NCBI GenBank assembly: GCA_028713935.1
Contig: JAQTNI010000007.1
Location: 1-32,000 of the forward strand
DNA: 32,000 bases
Source of the DNA: Candidatus Iainarchaeum sp.
GTDB taxonomy: Archaea; Iainarchaeota; Iainarchaeia; Iainarchaeales; GCA-2688035
Direction: 5' to 3'
Numbering within the stretch: position 1 is the stretch's first letter; each line of letters starts with the position of its first letter. The notes under the pieces are model-generated. The model saw only the letters and a list, made by a program, of their open reading frames with translations. It was not told the origin of the DNA and did no database searches. A program made the position numbers and the translations under genes. Shown one piece after another: positions 31,016 to 32,000 of this stretch.

Positions 31016-31978
31016 ATGAATATTATGAATATGAGCGATATACAAAATGCACATTGCAGGATAAAACAGCATATCAAAAAGACTCCTTTAAAGCACTCAA
31101 ATTTCTTCAGTTTGTTTTGTGGGGGAAACGTTTACCTAAAGCTAGAGAATCACCAGATTACTGCTTCATTCAAGATTCGAGGAGCATTAAATAAGATGCT
31201 CCAGTTGACTGAAGAGGATAAAGCAAAAGGGGTTATAACCGCGTCTGCTGGGAATCATGCACAGGCAGTTGCCATATGCGCGGAAAAATTGGGTTTAAGT
31301 GCAAAGATTGTTGTCCCAAAAACAACGCCCCAAAAGAAGATAGACAAGATAAAGATTCATGAGGTCAAGCTATTGTTGTATGGGAAAACTTATGATGAGG
31401 CTGAGCAAAAGGCAATTTCCATTGCTGAAGAAGAAAACAGGACGTATATCTCCCCTTATAATGATAAACTTGTCATTGCGGGTCAGGGGACAATTGGGTT
31501 GGAAATATTAGAGGATTTACCAAAGATTGATGTGATTTTAGTTCCAGTTGGTGGTGGAGGTTTAATTTCAGGAATTGGAATTGCGGTTAAAAATAAGAAT
31601 CCGACTATCAAACTTATCGGGGTTCAATCTAATGCTTCCCCCGTAATGTATAAATCACTTAAAGCGGGAAAAATAGTGGATGTGGCAATAAAAAACTCCA
31701 TAGCGGATGGTCTTTCTGGAGGAATTGAAAAAGGTTCAGTCACCTTCGAAATATGCCAAAAATATGTGGATGAGATTATATTAGTGAATGAAACAACAAT
31801 TCAAAAAGCCATAAAAATGCTCTGGGAAAACCAAAAGGAAATTTCTGAAGGCGCCGGGGCAGTAGGGCTTGCAGCAATATTGGAGAATAAAAAGCGTTTC
31901 AAAAATAAAACTACTGTTGTTGTTATAAGCGGCGGAAATATAGATGACGATATTTTTAAAAAAATTATCAGTCAATGA
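31016..31978 (+). CDS. PLP-dependent threonine/serine dehydratase (threonine ammonia-lyase family, no ACT domain)
   Basis: YLKLENHQITASFKIRGALNKM (PLP lysine motif SFKIRGA), ASAGNHAQAVA, and the Gly loop VPVGGGGLISG. Confidence 0.8.
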   Translation: MNIMNMSDIQNAHCRIKQHIKKTPLKHSNFFSLFCGGNVYLKLENHQITASFKIRGALNKMLQLTEEDKAKGVITASAGNHAQAVAICAEKLGLSAKIVVPKTTPQKKIDKIKIHEVKLLLYGKTYDEAEQKAISIAEEENRTYISPYNDKLVIAGQGTIGLEILEDLPKIDVILVPVGGGGLISGIGIAVKNKNPTIKLIGVQSNASPVMYKSLKAGKIVDVAIKNSIADGLSGGIEKGSVTFEICQKYVDEIILVNETTIQKAIKMLWENQKEISEGAGAVGLAAILENKKRFKNKTTVVVISGGNIDDDIFKKIISQ

Positions 31979-32000
31979 AATAGTTACAAGCGGTTTCTAG

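Noticed and set aside
31385-31410. C/D box sRNA-like UGAUGA...CUGA strings (also at 29233-29245, 15748-15756 and 4049-4056)
   Set aside because: All lie inside well-supported coding regions. They lack a paired C'/D' set and terminal stem at guide-RNA spacing. The 25107-25200 intergenic region has CUGA but no RUGAUGA box.
1-32000. CRISPR arrays, rRNA genes and large tandem repeats
   Set aside because: Reading through the window, I saw no regularly spaced direct repeats of 24-40 nt and no rRNA-like GC-rich blocks. The only notable repeats are the 33-nt nop5/doc duplication and the short hairpin modules reported above.

Overview
The window is archaeal. The markers are fibrillarin, Nop5, a beta-CASP/aCPSF-type RNase, geranylgeranyl reductase, an archaeal-type GlyRS, an NMD3-like protein, and a tRNA with a bulge-helix-bulge intron. 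It is AT-rich with patchy composition, which fits an uncultivated small-genome (DPANN-like) lineage, though that placement is a guess. I support about 47 genes, in three groups. (1) 1-9.7 kb holds accessory and metabolic genes: a wHTH protein, a degenerate TyrRS-like protein fused to a wHTH, ATP-grasp, HAD, GNAT, IMPase, geranylgeranyl reductase, and a FIST/GNAT-like/ferredoxin operon. (2) 9.9-21.7 kb holds a methyltransferase, an extracytoplasmic DsbA-like protein with a Cys-rich lipoprotein, hicBA, an anaerobic RNR redox cluster (glutaredoxin/NrdH, FTR-like ferredoxin:disulfide reductase, NrdD, NrdG, a DUF1858 CxxC protein, 2x[4Fe-4S] ferredoxin), beta-CASP RNase, NMD3 and an SPFH protein. 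(3) 21.7-32 kb holds tRNA-Arg(CCU) with a 111-nt intron, a HIT gene disrupted by an IS200-type element, a nop5...flpA pair pulled apart by a toxin-antitoxin island (RelE/antitoxin, MNT/HEPN), an orphan Doc toxin, an EamA transporter, GlyRS, tRNA-Thr(CGU) and threonine dehydratase. The most unusual observation is in nrdD. Its glycyl-radical C-terminus is out of frame behind a 47-nt insert that sits between the last two ligands of the C-terminal Zn site. The insert supplies a consensus Shine-Dalgarno plus ATG for a 49-aa glycyl-radical mini-ORF. This could be a two-piece class III RNR, a recoding or RNA-removal event, or a very recent lesion. All calls come from reading the sequence and recalling motifs; no searches were run.
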